Source of the DNA: an uncultured delta proteobacterium
GTDB taxonomy: Bacteria; Desulfobacterota; RBG-13-43-22
Length of the DNA: 64,000 nucleotides
Assembly (NCBI GenBank): GCA_963790475.1
Contig: CAWBOS010000015.1
Coordinates: forward strand, 224,001-288,000
Reading direction: 5' to 3'
The notes beneath the pieces are model-generated. The model ran no database searches. It was given only the letters and a program-made list of their open reading frames with translations, and was not told the DNA's origin. The stretch's first letter is position 1, and each line of letters begins with the position of its first letter. Both the position numbers and the translations under genes were made by a program. Of the stretch, positions 30,464 to 40,769 are shown piece by piece.

Positions 30464-31477
30464 TTAAACTTCTTCTAAATACAAAATGCTATCTCTTACA
30501 TAATACTCTACAAAAATAATATTATTTTCCCTCAAGGCGTCAAGTTGTTTACATAGATTATTGTAATTTTCAAAAATTATTTGTCTAAATTTGCTATTAT
30601 CTTTATCCCTTAAAAAGATTAAATAAAAATTAAATCTCTCTATGTTCTTTGATTCGATTCGATCTGAAAACAAGGAATAGCATAAATGCTTTCTAATTTC
30701 CTTTTCAATCTGGAGGATAATGCTATTTGACAATTTATCCTTTTTTAATTCAAGAACATTTATATTGTTTTTATTTAGAATTGCAATATCTGAAGGGTAA
30801 GCATTCCCAAAAATAAATTGATTGTGGACATTCGATGATCGTATCTGATTATTTCTGTATTTTCCTAACAATTTGTCGATGTTTTTATATGCTTCGCTAT
30901 CGATTCTTTTGAGACTTAAAATTATATAGGATTCTAGGTCACTTTCTGAAGAAAAAAAGTGTTTTTTATCCAATTTATTTTTATCCCATAAGTATTTACA
31001 ATTAACATCGATTATACTACCGGGTAATTCCGAGTATGCCCAATGGTTATGATCTAGACCAAAATGTTTAAAAGTTTCAAATATTGCCTCACCTTCTTCT
31101 TGGGTTAAACATATACAATGCAAATGCTTATTTTGTTGGATCAGATTTATTAATCCAAAATAAAATCTTTCATTTTTTGATTCGATTCCGTTTATATATA
31201 AATCTGTTTCTTCAATTTGTTTTATTTTTTCGATTGGCTTCAGTCGAATACGGTAGAAATAACTCTGTTGTGGATAAATGATAGTTTTATTATGAAAAAG
31301 TTCTTTTAATACTGTAAATGGGCCGAAAAGGGTTTGCGATTTATAGTTGAATTGAGAAAGATAAATTATATCACCTGCGTTTACATTGGCTAACCAATTG
31401 GATTGGGTTGACCCATATGTTAAAAACTTAATACAGTCTTCTGCGAACTTAGTTGTTGTGACAATATAATGCCTCAT
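30464..31477 (-). CDS. Putative PUA-like (EVE/DCD) domain fused to PD-(D/E)XK nuclease
   Basis: N-terminal WL..VNAGD.IYL...LFGPF...YRIRL; C-terminal ESDLE...SDIAIL...VLELKK; very AT-rich. Confidence 0.55.
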   Translation of the reverse strand: MRHYIVTTTKFAEDCIKFLTYGSTQSNWLANVNAGDIIYLSQFNYKSQTLFGPFTVLKELFHNKTIIYPQQSYFYRIRLKPIEKIKQIEETDLYINGIESKNERFYFGLINLIQQNKHLHCICLTQEEGEAIFETFKHFGLDHNHWAYSELPGSIIDVNCKYLWDKNKLDKKHFFSSESDLESYIILSLKRIDSEAYKNIDKLLGKYRNNQIRSSNVHNQFIFGNAYPSDIAILNKNNINVLELKKDKLSNSIILQIEKEIRKHLCYSLFSDRIESKNIERFNFYLIFLRDKDNSKFRQIIFENYNNLCKQLDALRENNIIFVEYYVRDSILYLEEV

Positions 31478-31969
31478 ATTATATGAACTAGCAAAAGGCG
31501 GAGAATTTGTCTAGAAGTAAATTCTTGGACCTTATAATGTGAAACCAACTGACAGAAGGATGGTGGGAGTATTAATTCCTGAATGTCCGACCCAAAGAAC
31601 TTCTGGAAGAGTTAGGTAGGGAACTCTATATCAAAATAACCGAAATAATCCGGGCCGAATGGAGCAAATCACGGAGCAAGACTTAATAGACTATAATTGG
31701 GTTAGTTGGTCATTGACCGCACATTTGATGGGTACATAACCCAAATCGAGACCATCTAGGGACAGTTAGAAAAGTAATTCCAGGTTAAGATTGAACCTGC
31801 CCCCCCACCAATGGGACAGGCTTTTTAAAGTGGACTTTTTTATAAAAATCAAAGACAGCTATATCGGGATACAAATAAAACCTATCCATCAAGGGATATA
31901 GTTATCACAAATCTTCAAAGAACCGGAGGCTGGCCCTAGTTTTCTAAATACTTAAGAAGGAGGATTGCC

Positions 31970-32743
31970 ATGAGTGAATCACGAGGGGTTGCCATCGTAA
32001 CCGGATCATCAAGGGGTGTTGGTGCGGCAACGGCAAAATTGCTGGCCAGGGAAGGCTTTAATGTCGTCGTAAATTTCTCGAAGAGCCAAGAAGAAGCGAA
32101 AAAAATAGCTGCTGCCTGCGAAGCCCTGGGGGCCGAGACCCTGCTCTACCAGGCCGATGTCGCGCAGGACGCTGATTGTCGCCGGATGGTCGCGGAAGCG
32201 GTCAAAAAGTGGGGACGCGTCGATGCCCTGGTGAACAACGCCGGGACTACGAAATTCTGCGCCGCGGATAATCTCGAAGGCCTCAGCAAAGAGGATTTTC
32301 TCGATATTTACGGAGTCAATCTGGTGGGCCCGTATCAGATGATAAGGGCAGTAGCCCCGCACATGAAAGAGCAGGGGAAAGGAGTCGTCGTCAATGTTGC
32401 CTCCATTGCTGGGGTAATGGCCATCGGAAGCTCGGTGGCCTATATCGCCTCGAAGGCAGCGCTGATTGGCATCACGAAAGCCCTGGCCCGGGCCCTCGGC
32501 CCGGAAATCCGCATCAACGCCGTCTGTCCGGGTTTCATTCAGGGCGAATGGCTGAGGGACGGCATGGGCCAGGAGCTTTATGACGCGGTGAAGAATCACC
32601 TGGAGACCACCTTACCGTTACGCGCCACCTGTACGCCTGAGAAGGTGGCCGAAGCCATCTTCCTATTTATACGCGGGGCCGATCTGGTCACCGGGGAAAC
32701 ACTGCTTTTCGACGGCGGTCAACATCTGGGAAAGCTTATGTGA
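31970..32743 (+). CDS. SDR family oxidoreductase
   Basis: TGSSRGVG, NNAG, YIASK. Confidence 0.92.
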   Translation: MSESRGVAIVTGSSRGVGAATAKLLAREGFNVVVNFSKSQEEAKKIAAACEALGAETLLYQADVAQDADCRRMVAEAVKKWGRVDALVNNAGTTKFCAADNLEGLSKEDFLDIYGVNLVGPYQMIRAVAPHMKEQGKGVVVNVASIAGVMAIGSSVAYIASKAALIGITKALARALGPEIRINAVCPGFIQGEWLRDGMGQELYDAVKNHLETTLPLRATCTPEKVAEAIFLFIRGADLVTGETLLFDGGQHLGKLM

Positions 32744-32757
32744 TAACTCGCGGACAT

Positions 32758-32900
32758 TTTATTCAAAACATCGTTAGCCAACAACCCATCACTTCTGACG
32801 AAAATGACGTTATTAAATATCGTTGCGGTTCGAAGATTAGGAACATCACCAAGGAAACGGAAGCTATTACCAACGGTAACGGTGCAGTCTGATCTGCCCT
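32758..32900 (+). repeat. Dispersed intergenic repeat, copy A
   Basis: Core TCGAAGATTAGGAACATCACCAAGG shared with copies near 36070, 37940 and 40090. Confidence 0.85.
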
Positions 32901-32993
32901 TTACCCAATAGGTTATTTAAGCTTTATGAAATATTTGGTATAATGACTCGGAAATTCGCAGTTTAAATTCGAAGAATATTAAAGGGAGGACTT

Positions 32994-33443
32994 ATGATTT
33001 CAAAGATTCTTCTACCGACAGACGGTTCCAAGGCAGCTCAAAAGGCAGCCCGGTATGCAGTTAACCTTGCAACACAGTTAAAGGCCTCCGTAATTATCCT
33101 GAGCGTTATCGATAACCGTTCATTGGTAAGCCAGACCGTTGTTGCCGCGGAGACAGCAATGCAGGTTATACAGCCTATCGAGGATTATCTGCGGGAGGCG
33201 GCTAAAGGTTATGCCGGAGAGATAAAGAAGTTGTGCGACAAAAACGGTGTCCAATCAAAGACCGTCATAACTATAGGGCATCCTGTCGAAGAGATTGTCA
33301 AAGAGGCCAAGAAGTCAAAGGCAGATCTCATTATCATAGGTTCTCATGGAAGAAGCGCTTTAGCCGCTGCGGTCCTCGGCAGTGTTGCCTATGGTGTAAT
33401 CCACAACGACACAAAAATCCCTGCCCTGGTGGTAAAGCAGTGA
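32994..33443 (+). CDS. Universal stress protein
   Basis: KILLPTDGS, DLIIIGSHG...LGSVA. Confidence 0.92.
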   Translation: MISKILLPTDGSKAAQKAARYAVNLATQLKASVIILSVIDNRSLVSQTVVAAETAMQVIQPIEDYLREAAKGYAGEIKKLCDKNGVQSKTVITIGHPVEEIVKEAKKSKADLIIIGSHGRSALAAAVLGSVAYGVIHNDTKIPALVVKQ

Positions 33444-33449
33444 TCTATT

Positions 33450-33476
33450 ATGAAAAGGTCGTTATTAACTATCTCT
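33450..33476 (+). repeat. Dispersed repeat, short copy F
   Basis: ATGAAAAGGTCGTTATTAACTATCTCT matches the repeat's middle part. Confidence 0.6.
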
Positions 33477-33490
33477 AGGGTCACCTGAAC

Positions 33491-34144
33491 TTGCTAAAGA
33501 CCACAAAAGCAGGAGGTTCGATTTTGCGACAGATATGGGCTGCGATTTGTCTTACGACCTTCCTTCTGGTGGCCTTGGCGAACGCGGCTGACCAAGCTCA
33601 GAAGGAGGATGCCGCCAAGGGCAAAGCGAAAGTATTAGAGGAGAAGGCCACGCCCGAGGGAAGCAAGAAGCTACCTACTCCGGCCCAGATCATCACTAAG
33701 CCCCAAGCGCAGTCGGTCGATCCGATCGGCGAAGAACCATTGGATGATGCGATCACCTGTCTTGCCCGCACCATCTACTGGGAGGCCAATCGCAAGGATG
33801 ATGCCGAAATGGAAGCCATCGCCAATGTCGTTATGAACCGGCTCGGTCATAAGGGCTTCCCAATCACCATCTGCGGAATTGTCAAGCAAGGCCACGAACA
33901 GGGTACCTGCCAGTTCTCGTGGTGGTGCGATGGCCGTTCGGATGATGCAAAGGAGGATGAAGCCTACTCGCACGCCAAGGAAATCGCCCGCAAGGCCCTC
34001 AACCGGCAACTCAAGGACCGAAGCGGTGGAGCTTTGTATTTCCACAATCGCAAAGTAACCCCAGATTGGTCAAACGAATATGTCAAAACGGCTGAGGTCG
34101 GCGAGCACGTCTTCTACCGGCCTGGTGGCGGCAAGGCCAAATAG
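33491..34144 (+). CDS. SleB-family cell wall hydrolase
   Basis: CLARTIYWEA, VVMNR, CQFSWWCDG, GALYFH, HVFY. Confidence 0.9.
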   Translation: MLKTTKAGGSILRQIWAAICLTTFLLVALANAADQAQKEDAAKGKAKVLEEKATPEGSKKLPTPAQIITKPQAQSVDPIGEEPLDDAITCLARTIYWEANRKDDAEMEAIANVVMNRLGHKGFPITICGIVKQGHEQGTCQFSWWCDGRSDDAKEDEAYSHAKEIARKALNRQLKDRSGGALYFHNRKVTPDWSNEYVKTAEVGEHVFYRPGGGKAK

Positions 34145-34189
34145 GCCCTGTCGGTCGGTTTCGGCAAAGCTTCCGGCAAATTTCAAAAT

Positions 34190-34228
34190 ATAGCAGCCTG
34201 ATTACCTTTGAACCTTTATAGAAACAGG
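34190..34228 (+). repeat. Dispersed repeat, 3' part only (copy E)
   Basis: ATAGCAGCCTGATTACCTTTGAACCTTTATAGAAAC vs ATAGCGGCCTGATCGCCTCTGAACCTTTATAAAAAC at 40131. Confidence 0.75.
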
Positions 34229-34283
34229 CATCGTCCCTTTTTTTTATACTTTGAACTGAAATCCATCAGACCAAGGACTAAAA

Positions 34284-34634
34284 ATGAAAATTACACGCAT
34301 CTACACGGGGAAAGACAATCAATCACATTTTGAAAATATTGATATCTACCTGAAAAACGGTGGAAAAGGCGGCTTTATGTCCGAATTAATGAAGGCCACC
34401 GGGGTTATCTTTCGGGAAACCGACGGCTCGTATAATTATGATTTTCACAATGCACCCCGGCGTCAGTATGTAGTAAATCTGGAGGGCGAAGTAGAGATCG
34501 AAATCGGCGACGGGACGAAACGGATCCTCCATTCCGGTGACATCCTTCTGGCCGAAGACACCACCGGTCAAGGGCACAAAAGCCGTGCTGTCGGCGGCAA
34601 GCCGAGGAAATCTCTGTTTGTTACCTTGGACTAA
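34284..34634 (+). CDS. Cupin-domain protein
   Basis: G.SHFE, HNAPRRQ, GDILLAEDTTGQGH. Confidence 0.8.
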   Translation: MKITRIYTGKDNQSHFENIDIYLKNGGKGGFMSELMKATGVIFRETDGSYNYDFHNAPRRQYVVNLEGEVEIEIGDGTKRILHSGDILLAEDTTGQGHKSRAVGGKPRKSLFVTLD

Positions 34635-34670
34635 AAACGGGCCTTGCCCTTAGTTTTGGGAGTTTTCATT

Positions 34671-35973
34671 ATGATAAATGAAACGGTTGAAATCCTTTCC
34701 GAATACCTGCAGATCAATACCACAAATCCCCCCGGCAATGAGGCTAAAGCCGTACGGTTCTTTGCGGAAATATTCGACCAGGAAAAAATACCCTACCAGA
34801 CCTATGAGTCTAAACCGGGAAGGGTTTCCATAAAAGCCAACCTGACCGGCTCCGGCAAAAAAGGGCCGATTATTCTCCTTAACCATATGGATGTGGTCTT
34901 GGCAAACTCTCAACGAATATACTTTCGATCCTTTCGGCGGGAAAATAATAGACGGATATATATGCGGGCGCGGGGCGCTGGACATGAAGAGCATTGGTGT
35001 CATGCAGCTTATGGCCATTTTGGCCATGAGACGGGAGGAGGTGTCCCTTAATCGTGACCTGGTATTTCTTGCGGCTGCCGATGAAGAGACCGGAGGGTCG
35101 TTAGGGGTCAAGTACCTGATGGAGAATTACCCGGATGATTTTAATGCCGCCCTGGTTTTAAATGAAGGGGCGCACGGACTTTCCAATATGGTTCCGGATA
35201 AAACGGTCATACTTCTTGCCACTGGAGAAAAGGGACCCTGCTGGCTTAAGCTAAGCTGTAAAGGACCTTCCGGTCATGGCTCTACGCCGCATGCCCGGAA
35301 TGCCTTGGTGAAAATGACTCAGGCCCTGGCCAGACTTCTTTCAGCAGAATTGCCGGTCATTATTACCCCGATAGTGCACGAATATTTCAAAAGGCTTTCA
35401 TCGGAATGGTCATTCCTGGGTCCATTTAAAAAGGATGGCCAGCATAAAACGTTAGCCCGGGTGCTGAAGAAAAGCGGAATGCTCAAAGTGCCCCAGATAA
35501 ATGCCATGGTAAGAAACACGATTAGCCTTAATATCTTAAATGCAGGAAATAAGATCAATGTCATTCCCGATTACGCCGAAGCACAACTGGATATCAGATT
35601 GTTGCCGGGTCAGGACATTAATGAGTTCGTTGCCTTTGTAAAAGAAAAACTTGCCGATGATGACCTGAAAATAGAAATACTATTAGCCTCCGGAGGAAAT
35701 GAGTCTGATACCAACAATGATGATTTTATAATTATTCAGAATGCGGTTAATGAACATTTTAAAAATTCCATAATGCTCTTCTATCTCATGTCGGGAATAA
35801 CCGATTCTCGATTTTTCAGGGAAAAAGGAATCACGGCTTATGGCTTTTGTCCTATTTCTATTCCTGTAGAGCATTTAAATATGATTCATGGAGTGGATGA
35901 AAAGATATCTGTCGATAATATGATTAAGGGAACTGAAGTTTATATGGATATAGTGAAGAGACTTTGCACATAA
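34671..35973 (+). CDS. M20/M25/M40 metallohydrolase, frameshift near 34905
   Basis: TTNPPGNE, LLNHMDVV, GRGALDMK, DEE, GHGS, TDSRFF, HGVDE. Confidence 0.88.
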
Positions 35974-35982
35974 TATAGCGAG

Positions 35983-36101
35983 CCGTTCGTGCAGAACGTG
36001 CTTCGCAGACAACCCGTCGATCCTGGCGAAAATTACGTTTTAATCATCTCCGCAGTTTAAAGATCAAGAGCATCACCAAGGGGGCGGAAGCTTTCACCAA
36101 C
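35983..36101 (+). repeat. Dispersed repeat, copy B
   Basis: CAACCC...GAAAAT...AAGATCAAGAGCATCACCAAGGGGGCGGAAGC..ACCAAC. Confidence 0.8.
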
Positions 36102-36159
36102 GCCTCAAAACCTTCACAAACGCGAATATCTCCTGAGGAAAGTCCAAACCTGTTCGGAA

Positions 36160-37392
36160 TCAAATCTTTCTGTTAGGTATCATCATCAGGAATAGAATAG
36201 AAAGTCCCGCCAATATGGCATAGAGTTGAAAGGCCATCGTGTAACTGTGATACATATCAAATATCCAGCCCGCGAAAACCGGAGCAATAATGCCTGGAAT
36301 AGAAAAAGCTATGGCCATCATACCCCGAATAGAGGCGAAGGATCGGACCCCGAAATAGTCGGCCTGAATCCCAGGGAGAAGGGGAACCGTAGCGCCGAAG
36401 CCGGGTCCGTAGAGGAGGACAAAGGGGATAATCATCCAGGGGCTGCTTATATTGGCATAAATGAAAAAACCGACCGCCTGCATGGCTGCCGAGATCATCA
36501 GAAGACGTTTCTTACTGTAAGTATCCCCCAGCCACGAAATAAAGAGTCTGCCAACGAGGCTCACCAAAGCATAGCCGGCCATGGCGAGGGCCGCCAGTTT
36601 TTCCGATATGCCGGCATTGATCAGGTGAGGCATTTCCTGCACGGGAATTGTACTGAAGGCGAATTGAACGCAGAAGGCAAAAAGAAAAAACATCCAGAAA
36701 GCCCTTGTTTTCAGGGCTTCCTTCAGTGTAAATCCCGGTTCCCCTTCTTGAAAGTTAGCGGAATCCGTAGGATTCCCTTCCAGTATGATCCCATCCGGCT
36801 GCATTCCATAAGATTGAGGCCGGTCTCTTATGAAAAAAGACAAGGGAATGCCAATCACCAAGATAAAGGGGCACAGCAGAAACATGGTCTCACGCCATCC
36901 GACAGATCTTATCATCATGGCTATGATAGGCGTCATCAGGCCGGAGACGCCCCATCCGGTAGTCAGTAAGCCAAGGGCTAAGGACCGCCGTTTCTTGAAC
37001 CAATTGGCTACGGCCGTATATTGAGCGATACCCGCAGCCATCGTGAATCCTAACGATAAAAGCACAAAACCAACATAAAAAGTCGTAAGCGTAGTCATTC
37101 GACTGAGAAGGAACAGGGAAAGCCCCATAAGGATTAGGCCGACGAAGATACATTTCCTGACGCCGGTGCGATCGACGAAAATACCTATGAGGGGCTGAAA
37201 AACTCCACCCTCGATACTCCTCAGAGAGAAGGCGAAAGATATGGCCGCGCTACCCCATTTCATTTCTGAAGATATAGGATTAAAAAAAGCCGTAAAGCCA
37301 TAGAGGGCCGTTCCCCCGGTTATGACCAGCAATACGAAAGAGGCCAGGACTATCCACCAGCCGTAAAAGAGACTTTGCATTTTTTTGAGCAT
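36160..37392 (-). CDS. MFS transporter (MCT/OFA-like)
   Basis: FYGWWIV, DRTG, ANWF.KRR.LALG, EALKTRAFW, ADYFG. Confidence 0.9.
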   Translation of the reverse strand: MLKKMQSLFYGWWIVLASFVLLVITGGTALYGFTAFFNPISSEMKWGSAAISFAFSLRSIEGGVFQPLIGIFVDRTGVRKCIFVGLILMGLSLFLLSRMTTLTTFYVGFVLLSLGFTMAAGIAQYTAVANWFKKRRSLALGLLTTGWGVSGLMTPIIAMMIRSVGWRETMFLLCPFILVIGIPLSFFIRDRPQSYGMQPDGIILEGNPTDSANFQEGEPGFTLKEALKTRAFWMFFLFAFCVQFAFSTIPVQEMPHLINAGISEKLAALAMAGYALVSLVGRLFISWLGDTYSKKRLLMISAAMQAVGFFIYANISSPWMIIPFVLLYGPGFGATVPLLPGIQADYFGVRSFASIRGMMAIAFSIPGIIAPVFAGWIFDMYHSYTMAFQLYAILAGLSILFLMMIPNRKI

Positions 37393-37884
37393 TTAATTCA
37401 TTAACTCCAAATAATAAGAATGGCTGAAAGGCATCTTCGATTCAATGGCCGTTCAATGTTCATCCAGATTTCATAAGATGATCATTCAACCATGTATTTA
37501 AATTTCTTGTCCCCCGACGTTGCGATGGAACCGGCTGGCATCTTCCTGATACGACTGCGCGATCCCACAACAATCGGGGAAATGTCTTTTTTCTTTGCTG
37601 TTGAAATTTAGACCTTCGCAGAAATATTTTTTGAATTATTAAGGAAGGATCTAAAATCCTCAGAGGGAGTTCTTTATAGACTCCTCGAGGCCGATTAAAG
37701 TTATTATAATTTTCCCATGGAGTCAATCGCTTGTTTAGATCTTTATCATCCTATAGTCAAAGGCTCAGAAATCTCCCGCCCATAAGCGCTCGTGGATCGC
37801 GCCACTTTTCCTTTGAACAAGGAAGGCAGAGGAAAGCAATTGATCGTTCTCACTTTTTTCCCGCTCTTTTTATGTGTCGAATGG

Positions 37885-37959
37885 CTCACTTCTGATGAAA
37901 AGGTCGTTCTGAACAATCTCTGCGATTTGAAGATTGGGAACATCACCAAGGGGGCAGAA
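37885..37959 (+). repeat. Dispersed repeat, copy C
   Basis: CACTTCTGATGAAAAGGTCGTT...GAAGATTGGGAACATCACCAAGGGGGCAGAAG. Confidence 0.85.
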
Positions 37960-38004
37960 GATGGGGCGGACAGAGTTGCGATAGAAGGTTTGGAAGATGC
38001 GAAT

Positions 38005-38733
38005 CTAAAATCGTAATGTTTCCAATCCACTGAGGACATCCACAAAGCGATAAGCGAAGTAGTCGGGGGTCACATTTTCATGGGATTTGGCTCCCTGGTT
38101 GGAGTTGATGTAGATGGCCTTGATGCCGAGCCGGCTAGCCCCGTAAATATCCCGGTACATGTCGTTGCCCACGCAAATCACCTCGGTCGGCCCGAGCTTC
38201 AATCCGTCGAGGGCTTTCCCCATAAGCCTGGTATCCGGTTTCCTGAATCCGAAGTGCGAGGAGATGATAATAGGGTCGAAATAGCCGTCCAGTCCTACGG
38301 CCTTTATCTCCGGCAGGGCGTAACAGGACTGGGCATCGGAAACGAGGGCCAGGCGGTAGGCAGGGCTTAGCTCGTCAAGCACCTTCTTCACGTCGGGATA
38401 AAGCTGGAGACGATTCCGGGATATGCCCCGGTAGATTTGGGCAAGAATCAAGGCTAGTTTACGACGTTCATGGGCTACTTTTATGCCTTCCTGCTCGAGG
38501 AAAGTATTCCAAATGGCCTCTACGTCTATTTCCGGGTATTCCTCACCGCGTATTTCTTTTTGTTGCTTCATGATCTGGTAGTATCGCTCCCGCACCTCCC
38601 ACCGATGCCGATATACCCCATGGTAGGTCAGATAATGGGAGATTCCGCGGTATATGTCATCCCTGGACTCGTCGGTCTCGATATCGATTAAGGTCCCATA
38701 AAGATCAAACAGAATTCCCTTGATGGCCTTCAT
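38005..38733 (-). CDS. HAD family hydrolase
   Basis: FDLYGTL, RKPD, VGNDMYRD. Confidence 0.88.
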   Translation of the reverse strand: MKAIKGILFDLYGTLIDIETDESRDDIYRGISHYLTYHGVYRHRWEVRERYYQIMKQQKEIRGEEYPEIDVEAIWNTFLEQEGIKVAHERRKLALILAQIYRGISRNRLQLYPDVKKVLDELSPAYRLALVSDAQSCYALPEIKAVGLDGYFDPIIISSHFGFRKPDTRLMGKALDGLKLGPTEVICVGNDMYRDIYGASRLGIKAIYINSNQGAKSHENVTPDYFAYRFVDVLSGLETLRF

Positions 38734-38737
38734 ATAT

Positions 38738-39736
38738 TTACCTCAATGTTGTCCTTGCTTCATCCAACAACTGTCGTCGGTAATGATTGGTAATCCATGA
38801 ATTACGCGCGATGCGAAGCAGGGTTATCCCCATGTGAAACGGAACGCGGCGGGTGATGGATCGGAAGGCGCTCTCCCGGTCGGGAAAGTGACCGGCATAC
38901 TCCCAGAGAAAGTGACCGATATAGGGTTCCGCCGGCCATTTGTCGCCAGTATATTGCATAAAAAAATGCTTGATCTCGGCGGCTACCCGTCCCAGGTCGA
39001 AGGCCCGGTCAGCCATTTTCATGCGCTCCAGGTCTATGGCGATCACCCATGGGCTATCGCCGAAGAGGATATTGGAGGGAGTCACGTCGCCGTGGACAAG
39101 GACCTGGTTGTCCTCCCACATAAATCCCTTTGCCCGCCACCGTTCCTTCAGACGGTGGAAATCCTCAGCCTCATCCCAGCCGATGTGACCCCAGTATTTT
39201 AATTGATCCATAATCCGGTCGAAGTAGAAGCAGTCCCGGTTGACGTCCACCCGGTCCCCGGTAGCAGTCCTGTTGTGCAGAGTGGCGAGAAAGTAGGCCA
39301 GGCTGGTGAGCTTCTCAAAGAGGGCCTTCCTCGCGCCTTGCCGGATCGCCTTAACGATAAAGGTGTCAAGCGGCGTCCCGTAGCAGAACTCCTCAATCAG
39401 GACACAGTCGAGCTCAGCATTGCGACCGAGAGGACGGGTTATGTAATGGGGGTATCCGGTAAAGCCGATACTTCGCAGATAATGGAGATTCTTGAATTCC
39501 CGCTCCATGTGATGGCAGGCTGTTTCCGGCGAGCGGCCTGTGATACCGGCAAAAAACTTACCGACAATGCGCGTCCGGGTTCTTATATCTTCGTAGAGGT
39601 AAACATGGTTGGATGCCTGAATCCCATACACCCGGAAGTCGGGGGAGAACCCGTCGACACCGAGCTGCGCCAGGATGTCATAGCGAAGATACCCATAAAG
39701 GGGATCTTGCTTGGGAAGATGTCCGAGATATTTCAT
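38738..39736 (-). CDS. Aminoglycoside phosphotransferase/kinase-like protein
   Basis: LATLH, HGDVTPSN, IDLE, DLG. Confidence 0.85.
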   Translation of the reverse strand: MKYLGHLPKQDPLYGYLRYDILAQLGVDGFSPDFRVYGIQASNHVYLYEDIRTRTRIVGKFFAGITGRSPETACHHMEREFKNLHYLRSIGFTGYPHYITRPLGRNAELDCVLIEEFCYGTPLDTFIVKAIRQGARKALFEKLTSLAYFLATLHNRTATGDRVDVNRDCFYFDRIMDQLKYWGHIGWDEAEDFHRLKERWRAKGFMWEDNQVLVHGDVTPSNILFGDSPWVIAIDLERMKMADRAFDLGRVAAEIKHFFMQYTGDKWPAEPYIGHFLWEYAGHFPDRESAFRSITRRVPFHMGITLLRIARNSWITNHYRRQLLDEARTTLR

Positions 39737-40005
39737 GAAAGCTCTATTCGACCACAGGACATTGCATGGATAACCAATTAATTTTTATAGCAAATAATAT
39801 AAAGAAAAAAATCCGGCCTGTCAATACGAATGACAACACTTTTCCTGAACTCATTCTGACAACAGGAAATGCAATCGTGTTGATGTTCTCTGCCAATAAA
39901 CAAACCAAGGGACACTCCCCATATTTTAATGACTACTAACTATTCGACGTGAAGCGGGACGTTCCTGCACAGGAATCGGAGAACATATTACCGATATGAG
40001 GCAGG

Positions 40006-40169
40006 CCGGACGTAGGGAACGGGCTTAGATGATAACCCATTCCTTCTGATGAAAATGGCATTTATTCCTATCTCTGCACTTCGAAGATTGGGAACATCAC
40101 CAAGGAGCGGAAGCCACCACCAACGGGAAGATAGCGGCCTGATCGCCTCTGAACCTTTATAAAAACGGG
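40006..40169 (+). repeat. Dispersed repeat, copy D (longest)
   Basis: Aligns with A/B/C at its 5' side and with E/G at its 3' side. Confidence 0.85.
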
Positions 40170-40205
40170 GGCTAATATAAGATTACAAGACATGCTTATC
40201 GAATT

Positions 40206-40450
40206 CTATTCCCGGCCGTCCGGAGTTATTCCTGACGTCTCAACCCTTGGAGGAGGCTCCAGACGAACGTGTTTCACGGCTATGAGAATGAGTCCGACTC
40301 CCGCCCAGAAAAGCGACAGCGCGCGGCGGATGATGGTCAGTGACAGAGCAAGTCCGGCACTCCAGCCAAGCCCGGCGAAAACCACCAGATTCGTCGCTTC
40401 ATATGTTCCGAACGAGGCTGCGGCTATGGTGATGTGAAGCGGGACTTTTG
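40206..40450 (-). pseudogene. C-terminal remnant of a lysylphosphatidylglycerol-synthase TM (flippase-like) protein
   Basis: FGTYEA....F..LG....ALSLTIIRR...FW..VG pattern. Confidence 0.55.
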
Positions 40451-40769
40451 TGAGAAACGCGCTTATCCAAGAACCCTCCACTTTGAGTAAAATCTCGTTA
40501 TTAACAATTCCAATGGCTGGAAGATGATAAACCGTGAAAGTCTAAACTTTTTCTTGCTGACAACCTTTAACCAAAGGAGTGTCCATGGAAGAACGAGAGC
40601 CCATTTCTTTAAAAAAAGAAATGGGTTTTTTTTGAGCAAAAATAAAATAGGAAACATGGAAAAGATAGATTGGTTTACCCCAGCGCTCACTTTTTAACTA
40701 ATCGTTGAGAAATAAAAACTTCTTTTCGGATATCATAGTGTTAACACTTAGCCTGCGGGGGATGAAATT

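Noticed and set aside
37890-37935. CTGATGA in the repeat as a hammerhead ribozyme core
   Set aside because: No properly placed GAAA or stems I-III; copy B has CTGGCGA.
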